DNA of 64,000 nucleotides from positions 1,286,806-1,350,805 of the forward strand of contig NW_003314270.1 in assembly GCF_000143415.4 (NCBI RefSeq), given 5' to 3'. The DNA comes from Selaginella moellendorffii. Taxonomy: Eukaryota > Plantae > Lycopodiophyta. Shown here piece after piece: positions 23,024 to 35,012 of this stretch. The position numbers were made by a program, and so were the translations under genes. The stretch's first letter is position 1. Every line of letters starts with the position of its first letter. Below the pieces are notes generated by a model, which was not told the origin of the DNA, made no database searches, and saw nothing but the letters and a program-made list of their open reading frames with translations.

Positions 23024-24046
23024 TCAGGTGAAGATGCGACGAAGTTGATTGCAGATCTTCTCCCTGAGCTGGCCAAGCGCTTTCGAAAGGCCGCACGGTA
23101 TCCTTTGCCTCCGAAACCAGGAAGTGCGCTTCTTCTTCTTCGTGGCAATGGGAGGAGGAGGCGACGGCAAGCCCAAAGCAAAACTCGTCTCGCTCAGAGC
23201 CAAAACCTGTTGTGTGGAGGCCGCTGCGGAAGGACCAACCAGCTCAACGAAACAAGCGTTGCTGTTCCTTGTAAACGCCTTCTCGGTCGTAGCACAGCCC
23301 GCATTGTCTTCAGCACGGGTCACGCTGCATGAAGCGAGCTCGAGCAGCGCTGCGTCCTCTTTGTCACCTTCCGCCACCGGATCCAAGCTCACGATGCCCG
23401 TTTCGGAGTGTAACGCAGGCTCCTCGTCGGCCTGCTTGACTTCCACAAGCTCCAGATGTTGGCACTCCTCTTCAATTAGCCTGTCAGCTTCCCCGGGATT
23501 GTCTACGTCACAAAGGCTGGCGGCGGTGGCTTTCTCCAAACTGAAAGCACCGCCCTTGGAGGAGCACAAATCTTCCGGAGCCATCGCGATGCCGCCATCT
23601 TCGTGAGAGAAATCCGACTTTAAGCCTTCCTCCGCGATGTCACGCATGATATGGCTCTCGGACAGCCAAATCGTGTGGCCATGGATCTCTATTCCTTTCA
23701 CCCAATCGCTCCATCTTCGACCCCCTCCGCCACCGCCGCCGAGCCGCATTGCCGGTCTTTGGGGCCGCCCCTGGCTTATAACAATGTACCTGTTCGCCGG
23801 CCTCTCGGGCGCCGCTACCACACTCCTGGAGCTCATGGACATCTTAAATTGGCGCTCCTCCCTTATCTTCTCGATCTGAGGCCCAATGCTGATGAGCGCG
23901 ATCACGCACAGCGCCGTGGACATGAGCAGCGGCGTGAAGAAGAGGACGATGTGGAACAGGGGCGTGGTGAAGAGCAGGATGAGGAGCCCCGCGAGGATAG
24001 GGTGGCTCCACAGCAGCGACACGATCTCCAGCACCACGATAGCCAT
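23024..24046 (-). CDS. Uncharacterised protein with N-terminal hydrophobic (TM) domain and acidic tail
   Basis: 340 aa ATG ORF; HPIL...PLFHIVLFFTPLLMSTALC...GP domain shared with the ORF at 45966-46625. Confidence 0.75.
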   Translation of the reverse strand: MAIVVLEIVSLLWSHPILAGLLILLFTTPLFHIVLFFTPLLMSTALCVIALISIGPQIEKIREERQFKMSMSSRSVVAAPERPANRYIVISQGRPQRPAMRLGGGGGGGRRWSDWVKGIEIHGHTIWLSESHIMRDIAEEGLKSDFSHEDGGIAMAPEDLCSSKGGAFSLEKATAASLCDVDNPGEADRLIEEECQHLELVEVKQADEEPALHSETGIVSLDPVAEGDKEDAALLELASCSVTRAEDNAGCATTEKAFTRNSNACFVELVGPSAAASTQQVLALSETSFALGLPSPPPPIATKKKKRTSWFRRQRIPCGLSKALGQLREKICNQLRRIFT

Positions 24047-24673
24047 CTGCGAGCGAGCAAGAATGGAGCGTGAGTCCGCGCAAGTCTAGGCGTGGAATTT
24101 CGATCGATCGAGGGAAATTTACCAGATGACGCAAGAATTTCCGGCGCAAGGAAGAAGAACCGGCGCATCTGACGATCAAATCCGCCGCCGCTGCGCCGCC
24201 GTCGGGCAAATCGCCCTATCGCGCCTCCTTTCTTTGGAGCCGCGCTAGCGCCATAGCTCTCCCCTCTCTATGAAATGCGAGAGAAAAGAAAGAATAGAAC
24301 TTGCAAGTATAACCCTTCCTCTCCACGTCTTCTCTGGCCGCAGCATTTACACTGGAGTCCTTGGCCCGGTGTCCTACATTGGGTGCATGGACGCATGGGG
24401 CATCATACCTATGGCGTTTGTGCGCCATCCATCGACCCAGTCGCATGTGCGCCGTATGAGGCGCCATGATGGCCATGATGGAGACCATGTATGGTAGCCA
24501 CTCACCGGCTGATGCCGGTCGGTGGGGTGGGTGAAACCGGCATCAGACGCGTGACCCACGGTTAAAAAAAAAGCTACCTAGCAGGGGGACAGTTTCTGTA
24601 GCAGCCCTAAATTCGGGCATTTTCTCAAGAAAGAAAATGCCCTAAACCGGCATTTGCAGCAAATGCCGGTTTA

Positions 24674-26275
24674 TCACCTATTTACCCTCAGGTCTTCCAT
24701 GTGGCGGTTAAGCGCCAGGAGCCTCTCACGGACTTGTTTGGATTCCAGCTCTAGGGTTTCTTTGCTCACGGCATCCATCGCCCAGCTCTTCCCCAGGCGC
24801 CGCTCCTTCATGAGCTTGCGGACCTTGTCCAGCTCATCCAGCCGTCCGGCTGCCGCGTGGAGATTGGACAGGAGAATGTAGGGCCCCGATTCGTCGGGCT
24901 TGAGCTCGATCACCTTTAGGGCAGCCCTCGTCCCGCGCTCGGTGTCGCCATGGATCTTGCAAGCGCCCAGCAAGCTCCTCCAGATCACGGCGTCGGGCTC
25001 CACCGGCATGGCGGCGATCAGGCGCTCCGCCTCCTCCAGCTTCCCGGCCTTGCCGAAGATCTCCACCATGGCGCTGTAATGCGCGCGGCGGGGCTCGATT
25101 CCGTGCTGGGATCGCATCGACAGGAGGAAATCCCAGGCCTCATCCACCAGCCCGGCGTGGCTGCACGCTTGCAGCACCACGCAGAAGCTGATCCAGTCGG
25201 GCGGCATCGCGATCTTGGCGAAGAGATCCAGCGCCTCGGTCACACGGCCGTTTCCCGCGTAGGCCGCCAGGATCGTGTTCCAGGAGACGATGTTCTTGCT
25301 CGGCACAGCATCGAAGATCCTCCTCGCCTCCTCCACGCAGCCGCATTTGCCATACATGTTGATCAGAGGATTGGCGACCTGGAGCATCGCCTCGAATCCA
25401 CAGGCTTTGATCCTGGCGTGCAAGATCCGGCCCTTGTCTAGAGATTGCCTCATCGCAAACGCGGCGAGGAGGCCGCTGTAGCTCATCTCGTCCGCCTCGA
25501 TTCCTTCCTGGTCGAGGCGCCGGAAGATATCCAGCGCTTGCCGCGCTTGCCCTGTCCGGGCATACGCGGTGATCATCGCGTTCCAGGAAACGACGCTCTT
25601 CTCCTCGAGTCGATCGAAAAGTTCCCTGGCGCGGCGGAGGAAGCCGCATCGCGCGTACATGTTGAAGATCGCGGTGGCCGCGACGGTGTCGGCATCAAAC
25701 CCCAGCGCCACGATCCGGGCGTGGATCGTCTGGCCCTGCGCGAGGAGCTCCAGGCGAGCGCACACGCCGAGAATCTCGACCAGGACGATGCGATCGGCTG
25801 GCTCGCCGTGAAGATCCATCTCCCGGAAGAGCCGCAGCGCCGCCGCGTCGTGCCCGTTCTGGGCATATGCCGCGATCATGAGCGTCCAGGAGAAGACGTT
25901 GCGATCAGCAATGCGATCGAACACCGCGCGCGCGATCTCGGCCGCGCCGCACTGGCCATACATCTGGACGAGGAGATTGGCGAGGAATCGATCGTCACCG
26001 TGGCCGCGATCCACAATGTGCTGGTGGATGCGCTTGCCCTCGCCGAGCAATTGCCGACTCCCGCAGAATCTCATGAGGAACTCGTACATGGTGAAAGTAG
26101 CGCCGCACAGGAATTCGTCCAGGCGATCGGGAGTGAAGCCCTTCTTGGGGCGGCCTTGGAGAATGCATCCTCCTCCACGATTGTGGGAGGAATACTGCTG
26201 GTGGCTCGATGACTTGGATCCTGCCGTGTTGAAAATCGCGCACGCTGCCATAGGATGAGGACTCCACTGTATCAT
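24674..26275 (-). CDS. PLS-E(+) PPR protein without DYW
   Basis: Intronless ORF with PPR repeats, E1/E2 (PDAVIWRSLLGAC..PYILLSN) and a degenerate E+; first ATG at 26275. Confidence 0.92.
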   Translation of the reverse strand: MIQWSPHPMAACAIFNTAGSKSSSHQQYSSHNRGGGCILQGRPKKGFTPDRLDEFLCGATFTMYEFLMRFCGSRQLLGEGKRIHQHIVDRGHGDDRFLANLLVQMYGQCGAAEIARAVFDRIADRNVFSWTLMIAAYAQNGHDAAALRLFREMDLHGEPADRIVLVEILGVCARLELLAQGQTIHARIVALGFDADTVAATAIFNMYARCGFLRRARELFDRLEEKSVVSWNAMITAYARTGQARQALDIFRRLDQEGIEADEMSYSGLLAAFAMRQSLDKGRILHARIKACGFEAMLQVANPLINMYGKCGCVEEARRIFDAVPSKNIVSWNTILAAYAGNGRVTEALDLFAKIAMPPDWISFCVVLQACSHAGLVDEAWDFLLSMRSQHGIEPRRAHYSAMVEIFGKAGKLEEAERLIAAMPVEPDAVIWRSLLGACKIHGDTERGTRAALKVIELKPDESGPYILLSNLHAAAGRLDELDKVRKLMKERRLGKSWAMDAVSKETLELESKQVRERLLALNRHMEDLRVNR

Positions 26276-26400
26276 GCATAGGAGAAACTCCCACTCCAAG
26301 AACCCTAATCCTAAAGGCGGCAAAAGCTTGAGTTTTAAAACGCAAACTTTTGGCGGGCGAGGCTAGGGTTTGGAAATATTTTGGGGCAAGAGAAAGAAAG

Positions 26401-27046
26401 ATGAGCGCTCGACGGGGCCGGAGAAGGAATGCCGCCACTGCGCCATCGCCTGCATCGCCGCTGGCGCCTTCTTCTCCCGTGAAGAATGTCTCCGATCTCG
26501 CCGCCTTGCGAGCTTGCTTGGATTCTCGGATCGAGAGCCTGCGCGCCGATGCGGACAAGATCCAGGCGGCTTGTGGCAAGGAGCTGGAATCGACACGCCA
26601 GAAGCTCAGGAAGCGAGTGGAGGTAAGCAGTCGCTGAGCTAGCTATGCCGATCGTGCTGCGGTGGGATGAAACTTCTTTCACAGGCAGAGCAGGAAGAGG
26701 CGGCAAAGCGCGCCGATGCGGCCAATCGGGCGTGGAAGATCTTTGCAACGGAGTACGAGGAAGATCTCCTGGATATCGAGGTAACACATAGCTGGAAATA
26801 TTTCTTGTTTGTTTCTTTTGACATTCTTTTGCTAGCAGAACACGTACAAGGAGCTTGCCGCAAAGTTCCAGCGTAAGATCCAAATTCTTGACATAGTTTG
26901 CTGTGACGAGCAAGATCTAACAAATGTTTCCATTGTTCTTCTCTGTTCCCCTTGCAGCTACAAAGGCGCCTTGCAGTGAGGTCGTAAAATCGGCCGAGGA
27001 CCAGATCGAAAGCCTTCGTCGCAAGTATGTGAGAGCTGGATTATAG
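26401..27046 (+). CDS. Small coiled-coil protein of unknown function (about 4 exons)
   Basis: MSARRGRRR (NLS-like), helical exons joined by GT-AG introns, ends ...IESLRRKYVRAGL*. Confidence 0.65.
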
Positions 27047-27324
27047 CCTTCGTTTTTCTGATCGATGGTCACCATGATCGATTCCTATTCTTTTCCTTTG
27101 CTACATAATCTCTCATCCGCTACTCTACAGGTTTTCTGAAAATAAAACCTTCACAGATCGAGCTTCTCTCATGGTTGGATTTTCTTCGCATTTTTTTAAC
27201 GTTCTTATTGGCACCCAACAAAAAACTGACATGTGGCATTTGGGCGCGCTGACATGGCACTTTATTGGTGCTGGATTGTCTTGCTGTGACCTTTTAAAAA
27301 TCTCTGGCCTTGCTTCTATGGAAG

Positions 27325-28218
27325 ATGAATCTCCACGACCTAATAATGGAGGCATTGCCCGAGGATGCCCTGGCGGAGGAAGAGGAGAGCCACAGCGACG
27401 ATGGAGTACCGATTCTCTTCCAGGGATGGCGATCCACTCCGAATTTCGTGACGAATTCCTCGTCCAGGCCGCTGATCAGGTTCGTCGATGGCGTGGATCT
27501 AGATTCAGGGAGCCAGGACGCCGCTGCCGCCGCGGCTCCTCCTTATCTGGCAGACATCGCTTTGGATCACGCGTCCTTCTCAGCGATCGCAGCGGAATTC
27601 GAGCAGAATTTGCAGGAGGCGGATCGACACCGCGGTGCCAGGGTTTCTCCGGATGATCGTCGAGAAATTCCCAACCATTGCTTATCCGGGGCTGATCGGG
27701 AGGATATGAGGCCCAAGATGGGATCGTCGGATAGATGGGTTGTGATGAACGTTGGGGGCATCCGGTGGACAACTACGGTGGAGACTCTATGCATGGATTC
27801 CGGATCCATGCTCGCTGCCTGGGTGCTCCGGTACCGCAGCGACGAGGAGGAGGAGCTGCGAATCGATCGAGATGGCAGCCGATTCGCTCATGTCCTGAAT
27901 TACCTCAGGGAGGGGACGCTGTGGCTGGAAGATTTGCCATCACTCAGAGGAATCTACGAAGAGGCAAAGTTCTACCAGCTCAAGGGACTCAAAGCTCTTT
28001 GCGAGGAAAGGATGCTCGAGGTGGAGGCCAAACACGCGGCCGAGTCCAAGAGGCGGAAGGAGGAGATCGAGGAGGCTCTCAAGGGAGCATTCTTTCGGTG
28101 GGAGAGAGATCGAGCGTACCACTTTCCCAAAGGAAAGAACGACGTGCTAGCGATTTTGCGAGGCAGACGACTGGGTATAAGCGAGCCACCAAGATTCGAC
28201 ATGAACGAGGACTTTTAG
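27325..28218 (+). CDS. BTB/POZ (KCTD/T1-type) domain protein, intronless
   Basis: VMNVGGIRWTTTVETL...IDRDGSRFAHVLNYLR...EEAKFYQL. Confidence 0.88.
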   Translation: MNLHDLIMEALPEDALAEEEESHSDDGVPILFQGWRSTPNFVTNSSSRPLIRFVDGVDLDSGSQDAAAAAAPPYLADIALDHASFSAIAAEFEQNLQEADRHRGARVSPDDRREIPNHCLSGADREDMRPKMGSSDRWVVMNVGGIRWTTTVETLCMDSGSMLAAWVLRYRSDEEEELRIDRDGSRFAHVLNYLREGTLWLEDLPSLRGIYEEAKFYQLKGLKALCEERMLEVEAKHAAESKRRKEEIEEALKGAFFRWERDRAYHFPKGKNDVLAILRGRRLGISEPPRFDMNEDF

Positions 28219-28259
28219 AATTTCTTGTGTTCTCTCATAGATCCAATTTCGATAGGTCG

Positions 28260-29500
28260 TGAGTGTAATTTTTCTTATTGGTGCATACCTGAAATAAATG
28301 ATATTCAACTAGTTAAATGAACAATTTTTTCTCAAATAATTAATAATGTTTAAGTTTAAACAAGGAAGGTTTCTTATAATTAATAAAGTTAATTTATTTT
28401 TTTATCACAATTCATATATTAAATTTCAAGGTCTGTCATTTGTAACATTATAATATAAACTATTTATAATCAAATATAATTATAAATGTTCTGATATAAA
28501 GTTTTAAATATTAAAAAAACATAAAGAAGAAATATTTTCTTCCATTTTATCAATATAAAAATAGCAATTACTCAAATTTATGTATTGACTGCATGTGAAT
28601 TTTTAAAACTGTTTCGAATGCTTGAAAAAAGCTATATACCACACAATGATGAAGATTATCACCTTGCATTTAGGTATAAAACTTTTGGTTACCTTAATTT
28701 TTAAAAGATTTTTAATATATTATCTTGAAAAAACACTAAACCTTTTAGTAACACGATTATTTTACATTTTCACCAACCAATGATAAAGATTTATATTTAT
28801 TAAATCTCAAATATTTTATTTACATAATTTAAATTTTTATATTGTGAAATAAGATACCAAAAAAATATATTTATTATAATTAAAAAATATAAAAATATAT
28901 TAACTGAGAAATAAAATAACTTCCTACTTTATATTTCCAACAAAAAAATAAATAAATTAAAAATATAATAAAAAAACAAACTACTACAAAACTAAAAACT
29001 AAGTAAAAAAGATATTTGTATTTACTAGTTAGCTCTTACAAATTGAACATCAATATTTTCAATTACTTTAAAAAATACCATCTTAAAATTTATTTATTAA
29101 AAAATAATAAATTTATTTTATAAATAATTAAAAAATTAATATATAATTTAATCTATAAAGTATAATTACATTTTTCCTGTAAAATCTCATATAAATTTTT
29201 AAAATACAATTATTAAAATTCATATCACCTAATAAAATTGAAAAATGTTACATTATATAACCATGAAAGTTCATTTAGTTCTAGATGAATAGTGTAAAAG
29301 AAGTTAAAGGAGAAATTATAAATTGAATTATGTTATATATATAAGGTTTAAGTATAAGTGTATAGTTTCAATGCCATATATTAATATTAGCATAGTGAGA
29401 TTTCGGTAACCGTTGGATTGATTTCAATTCGGACTACTATAAATTAAGGTTTTTTGGGTAATGGATATGCACATTTTCTATATTTATTTTCATATTTCAT
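28260..29500. other. Extremely AT-rich non-coding block bordering the TE island
   Basis: Abrupt compositional switch, no ORFs of 60 aa or more. Confidence 0.7.
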
Positions 29501-29549
29501 ACATTCACATTGGTGGAGGTGTGGTGCAATTTTGATTATCCCTAATGAG

Positions 29550-30865
29550 TTCTTGGATTTGGGATTCTGCTATATATCTAACTTTTATATTATCTAGATC
29601 TCCTTTTCCTTATAGCTTTTTTAATTTCTTCTCTTTTGGTCTTTTCCTTTTCATTCATTTTTATAGTAAAGTAATAGTGTCCTCCTTTTTTGACTCTGGA
29701 GTAGCAATTGGTGCAATTACTCGATGTTATATAGTTGTATTTAAACAATCAAACTCAATTAACAATGGAATTTACAATATATGGTATAACTCATTTTACT
29801 CTTGTTGCCAATCCTTGAGTCCTACTAGAGTTCTTCCGTGGGAACCTTGGGGATTATATATACCACTAGTTTGATCACTTCATGATGATTGCTATATATC
29901 ATTTTTGTGATGATGCTTGGCATTTCTATGAATTTGCCATGTGTTTTTAAAAGACAGTGTTGTAATGGTACAATAATTTAAGTGCAGCCACTCGTGAGGA
30001 TTGGAGTATTCTCCCAAACATCTTCAAATATGCATTTGAATATACCAACAATTGTGATAATGCCTTTCAACAATTATATCATTCTTGTTAAGATTTATCT
30101 GAGTCTATGATACAATTTGGCATTTGTTTTTTAAGCTTCTTGCTCCGTGCAGAGCCAAATATATCAGAGTGGATCAAGTTGGGAATGTTATGGCCAACAC
30201 TTTATCAAGATTTTGTAGAACTTGTGTATGCACTTGCTTTCGCCGTCCTTAGCAATGCTCTCACTTGGCACAATGTTATAAAATGTCACTTTTTCCACTT
30301 CTCATTGCACGTCTTTGAACTCCACTTTTTATGGGAGATAATCCTATTCCAATGGAGGTTGATGTTGTTGTTGCCCAAGTTCAAGGACAAGGACAAGGAT
30401 GTGGTCGTGCCTATGATATCCACTATTGAGTGTATAATAAAATTCATCACACTTATCGGCATTGTCGGCATTTTCTGGATTGTCAACCTCTATTTCCTAA
30501 GTGGAGACCTTGGCATTAATAATATTTTGTTGGTGTTGTTGCAGTGGAAAGTCTTGACATTGAGATGCTTTCAAGAAATGAGGAGTTGCATAAGTAGCAA
30601 AGGTACCTTGTGCAAATAAATCAATGACCCCTTTATCTTTTTTTTGAGAGTATTATCAAGGGGTTCATTCGACACAAGTGCATCCAATGTTCACTTTTTA
30701 AGTTTATTTTTATAATAAGAGGTCTTTTATGCTTCTCTTTGTGTTGGTTATACATGCTCGAGTTTATCTTTTATTGTTTAGCATGTTATCACACATTATC
30801 GTCTACATTTGCATCGTGTGTGTAGCGCATGTGATCATAGGATGAGATTTGGATATACTGTCACC
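29550..30865 (-). mobile_element. Possible fragment of a second LTR element (putative LTR ~30688-30863 followed by decayed internal sequence)
   Basis: Minus strand TGACAG...GTGAACA followed by TTGG (PBS-like), CpG-poor decayed sequence; no clear gag motif seen. Confidence 0.3.
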
Positions 30866-31099
30866 GTGGATCCTTGAAACTTTAGGCGATAAATGGGGAT
30901 AAATAGCCACTAAAGGCTCTCTCATCAAGCAATTGCCCCTTTTCTAGTTGGCTTAAGGGGAGAGAGATAAGGTGCGCTACAGTGTGGTAAAGCCAGTTTT
31001 CATTATTTATGGCAATAGCCATACACACCTATATACACGGGATGAGGCAAACTTAGTTGTGTGTATGGGCGGTCTCAAGTTTGAGTTGCAATTATTGCT

Positions 31100-34000
31100 G
31101 GTACTATTGACTCAAGTTTTTAACTTCATCCCTTGTATGGATTGGTTGTGGCATAATTATGCCACGTGTGACTTTGAGGCCTTTTTATATTTCTATCTTA
31201 TTCTCCTATTCCCTCTTCTGATCCCTCCAATAGTTTTTGTATTGTAATGGTTAACCGACTCATGAAAAAATATGCCGATCTCTATTGTTTAGGGCTAAAA
31301 TTGCAACACATCATCCTATTCCAACTGGGGATGCTCGTCCAATCAAGGTTCACAAGATTTTGTGTGCAAATGTCAAAGAGATGTTAGAAAAGGGTGTTAT
31401 TTAAAAGTTCTAAAGTCCTTAAGCATGTGAATCTCATCTTGTGACAAAGTTTGATGGGAGTATTTATTTTTACATCGATTATCATCAATTAAATGAAGTG
31501 ACAATCCCAGACATATACCTTCTTTCTCACACTACTGATCTCTTAGATCATTTTAAGAGAAGTCTTTAATTCACCAAGTTAGATATTGTTTTTGGGTACT
31601 GGCATGTACCAATGGCCGAGAAAAATATTCCTAAGATTACTTTTCATACACCATTTGGTTTATACAAGTTTTTAATGATGCCATTATAAACAACTAAAGA
31701 GAACGACTTGAAAGGCAATCCATGGGGTTCAAATATAAAGGGAAAGAGCCCACTTCCAATCGGTTAAGGGTTTTGCGATATTTGGGGTTAAGTGTCATTG
31801 GGTTTAAATATTATTGGGTTGGGTGACCTCTCAAAAAATCCAAATTCAAGAGGTTATATTTTATATCAAAGAAGGTTTAGGGTCTGACTCTATTGGTTCG
31901 CTTAGGGGAATCACACCATATATTGATTAACATTTAATAAGTCTAATTTACTCCGAGGGGTAAGGTGTTAAGATAGCAAAGCTTTTAGGAGAGTTATAAC
32001 TCTCAACTTTCATTCACGAGGGTATAAATTTACAAGGAAGTGTGGTGAATTATAAGCAACTAAAGAGAATAGTTTAATTTTCTCCAGTTGGGCTTGACCC
32101 AAGGGGTAGAGTGTCAAAAGAGCAGGGCTCTTAGAAGAGTTCCAACTTTTAGCTTTTGTTCACGAGGGTACGAACTTGTAGGGAAGTGTGGTGAATTATA
32201 AGTAACCAAAGAGAACGGTTTGAGAAATGATCCATGGGGTTCAAATATATAAGGAAAGGGTTTATGAACAATAATGCACCTTCTTTTCCAATCAGTTAAG
32301 GGTCTTGGGATATTTAGGCTTAAACATCCTTGGGTTTAAATAGTATTGAGCTGGGTGATCTTTTGGGAAGTTTAAATTTAAGAACTTACAGCCATTTGAT
32401 TTGAATAATGCTCTAACAACTTTCTAATGAATGATGGATATAATTCTTTATGATATGCTAGGAGTGACTACTGACTTCATTGATAATGTCTTGATTCACT
32501 CGGAAAGGACATGAGAAGAACACATCCATGATGTTTGTAAGGTGTTGGATCAACTCACCTACAAATCTACTAATGCCTCCTTTTGATCTTCTTTCATATC
32601 CCAGCCCATCCACAAGAGAATTTTGACATCTTAGTGTCACCATGGATCTTATAAGTGCTTAATAAGTTCCTCTAGATCATGGCATTGGGTTCCACTAGCA
32701 TGGTGGCGATCAAGTGTTTAGTGACTTCTAACTTCATTAATGATGTCTTGATCCACTCGGAAGGGATATAAGCTTGCAAGTTGATTTTGACAAACTGGTG
32801 GTTGTTCCAAGGTTTCCCTACTCTAAAGTGTGTGAATGATATGCAACATTTCTTGGGCAAGGTGTAATATTTTAGTTATTTTATTGATCATCTTTTTTAT
32901 CACATTACACCGTTACAAGTGTTGCTCAAGTTGTCAATGTTATTTTTCATCTAGTATGTGGACTATGAGCGGGTGTTTTATTGACGACTCTTCCAATTTT
33001 GGTGTATCCTAACTACACTTGATTTTTCATTTTATGCATAGATGCTTTTGATATTGGTTTTAAAGGTGTGTTAATACAAGAGAGTTTGAGTGTGCCTGGT
33101 CAACACCATTTTGTTGCATATATCAACACAACCAAGTGAAGTGAACTATTCCATAACATAGAAGGAGTGTTTAGTAGTAGTTTAGGGTTTCAAGAAATTT
33201 CATACATGTCTATATGATTCTCGAACATTACTAAAAGGTGATCATGTTGCATTTACTTCATTATTAAAGTAGAATAACTTGGCTAGTCGTACTGCTCAAT
33301 GGGCTTTTAAACTTCACATATATAATTTTGATGTTGTTCATCACTTGGGGAGTTTTATGGCTGATGTTGATGCCCTTTTTTGAGCTCCTTTTCCTTCTTC
33401 ACTCTTTTCTCATGTTTTTTACGAGCCTATTATTCTAGCATCTGTGCATTTTTTAAATGAGAATTTTGTACCATATATGGTTGCTATACTTGATGTTTAA
33501 TGTCCATAAGATGCAGAGCAAGATTTACCTTCCATTGATGAGGTTTGTGAGGCTCAAGAAATTGAACTGTGGATTCGAAGTCTTTGCAATGGGTTTAAGA
33601 GTATTGCATCACTTATTAATGATTTAACATTTTGGCGTTTACATTCTTAATATTACCTTGAGAACAGTCTTTTTTATTTTATGGGGATATATCTTGATGA
33701 TCATTTATGGCTAGTGGTGCTTTCAATATTTATTCTATATTTTCTCCATACCTACTATAATTCTTTTGTTCTAGACAAGCATATGGGATATTGTCATGTG
33801 ACCAAGAAGTTACAATAGTTTTTATATTGGCCAGAGGTGTGATATAATATTATTTAGTATATGCATAACTGCATTTGGTGCTAAGCTCGTAATATTCCCC
33901 CTCGTATTGCAAAACGATAGTTAGAGTCAATTATAATTTCCCATCCATTTGAGTTGATGACATTTGATTTAATAGGGCCTTTTCCATGGTCGACTGTTAA

Positions 34001-34955
34001 CAATAAGTATATCATTATTGCTTTTGATTATTTGACTTGCTAAATGGAAATCAATGTTCTTATTAGTGCATCTGCAACTGTTATTGGATACTTCCTCCTT
34101 AATTAAGTGGTGTTTTAGAAATTTTTTCTGGAGTGGATTCGTTCATATAATGGTCATGCATTTATACGCTGAAGCATTTCAAGTTTTGACGTCTCGGTTA
34201 GGGATATGCCACACTTTCATGAGTGTTTATCATCTAATTAGATGGTAAGGTGGAATGTCTTATTTGAACTTTCGAAGGGATGATCATGAAGTATATAAAC
34301 TTTTAGCGTTTAGATTGGGATTGTTATTTGCTATCTTTTCGGTATACGCATGCCACAAGGGTGTAAAGTTTTGTTGATGCTTCACCTCTATATAATCATT
34401 ATCCAATATTACCAATGAGATTTGGTTTACTTATGCAATTGCCATGAATTGTTCATGTTAGGTCGTGGGATCAATATTTAATGAGCATTCTTCCATTTTT
34501 CCGAGTAAAGTCTACTAAACACTTAGGCTATATACAAATAGGACAACAACAACATTATAACTCCCATCATTGTCCATTTGTAAAGTACAAAGTAAATGAT
34601 TTGGTGTTAGTCTATTTCCCAATTTTACAATATATGGTTTATCTAAGGGGCTTCTTAATCAGTGGAAATGACAATATGGTATGTTGAACCTTATAAATTT
34701 GTGGTTCAGCTTGACATCCAACAACCTGATCCTCTAGAAAATTTGCCTATACAATGCTTAAAATGTTTTGCACAAAAGGATTAAAAACAACTAACACCAT
34801 CTATAAATTTACTAATGCCTCCTCCTGATATTCTTCCAAATCCTAGTCCATTCACAAGAGAACCTTAACAGTCTTCCATCATTTCGAGAGGAGGGGATGA
34901 TATGAAGTCTAAATATACATCTACAATGCCATATAATGTAAGATTGATGCTATCA
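31100..34955 (+). mobile_element. Degenerate Ty3/gypsy LTR retrotransposon (pol and 3' end)
   Basis: Broken PR-RT-RH-INT order: MDWL; HPIPTGDARPI, IDYHQLN, FTKLD..GYWHV, TPFGLYKF, FIDNVLIH; IDAFDIG; YWPEV..CIWC, PFELMTFDLIGPFP; polypurine tract GAGAGGAGGGGA at 34886 then TG. Confidence 0.9.
31685..32390. mobile_element. Solo LTR nested in the gypsy RT
   Basis: Splits the RT MP|FDL motif; flanked by direct repeat GCCAT (31680-31684, 32391-32395); ends TATAAA...CTTACA (mutated TGTAAG/CTTACA); internal repeats at ~31690, 32051, 32197. Confidence 0.7.
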
Positions 34956-35012
34956 TGGAGGCTGCCAGATTGTGAAAACTACAAGCCTAAGCGGCTCTGT
35001 CATCAATGATCC

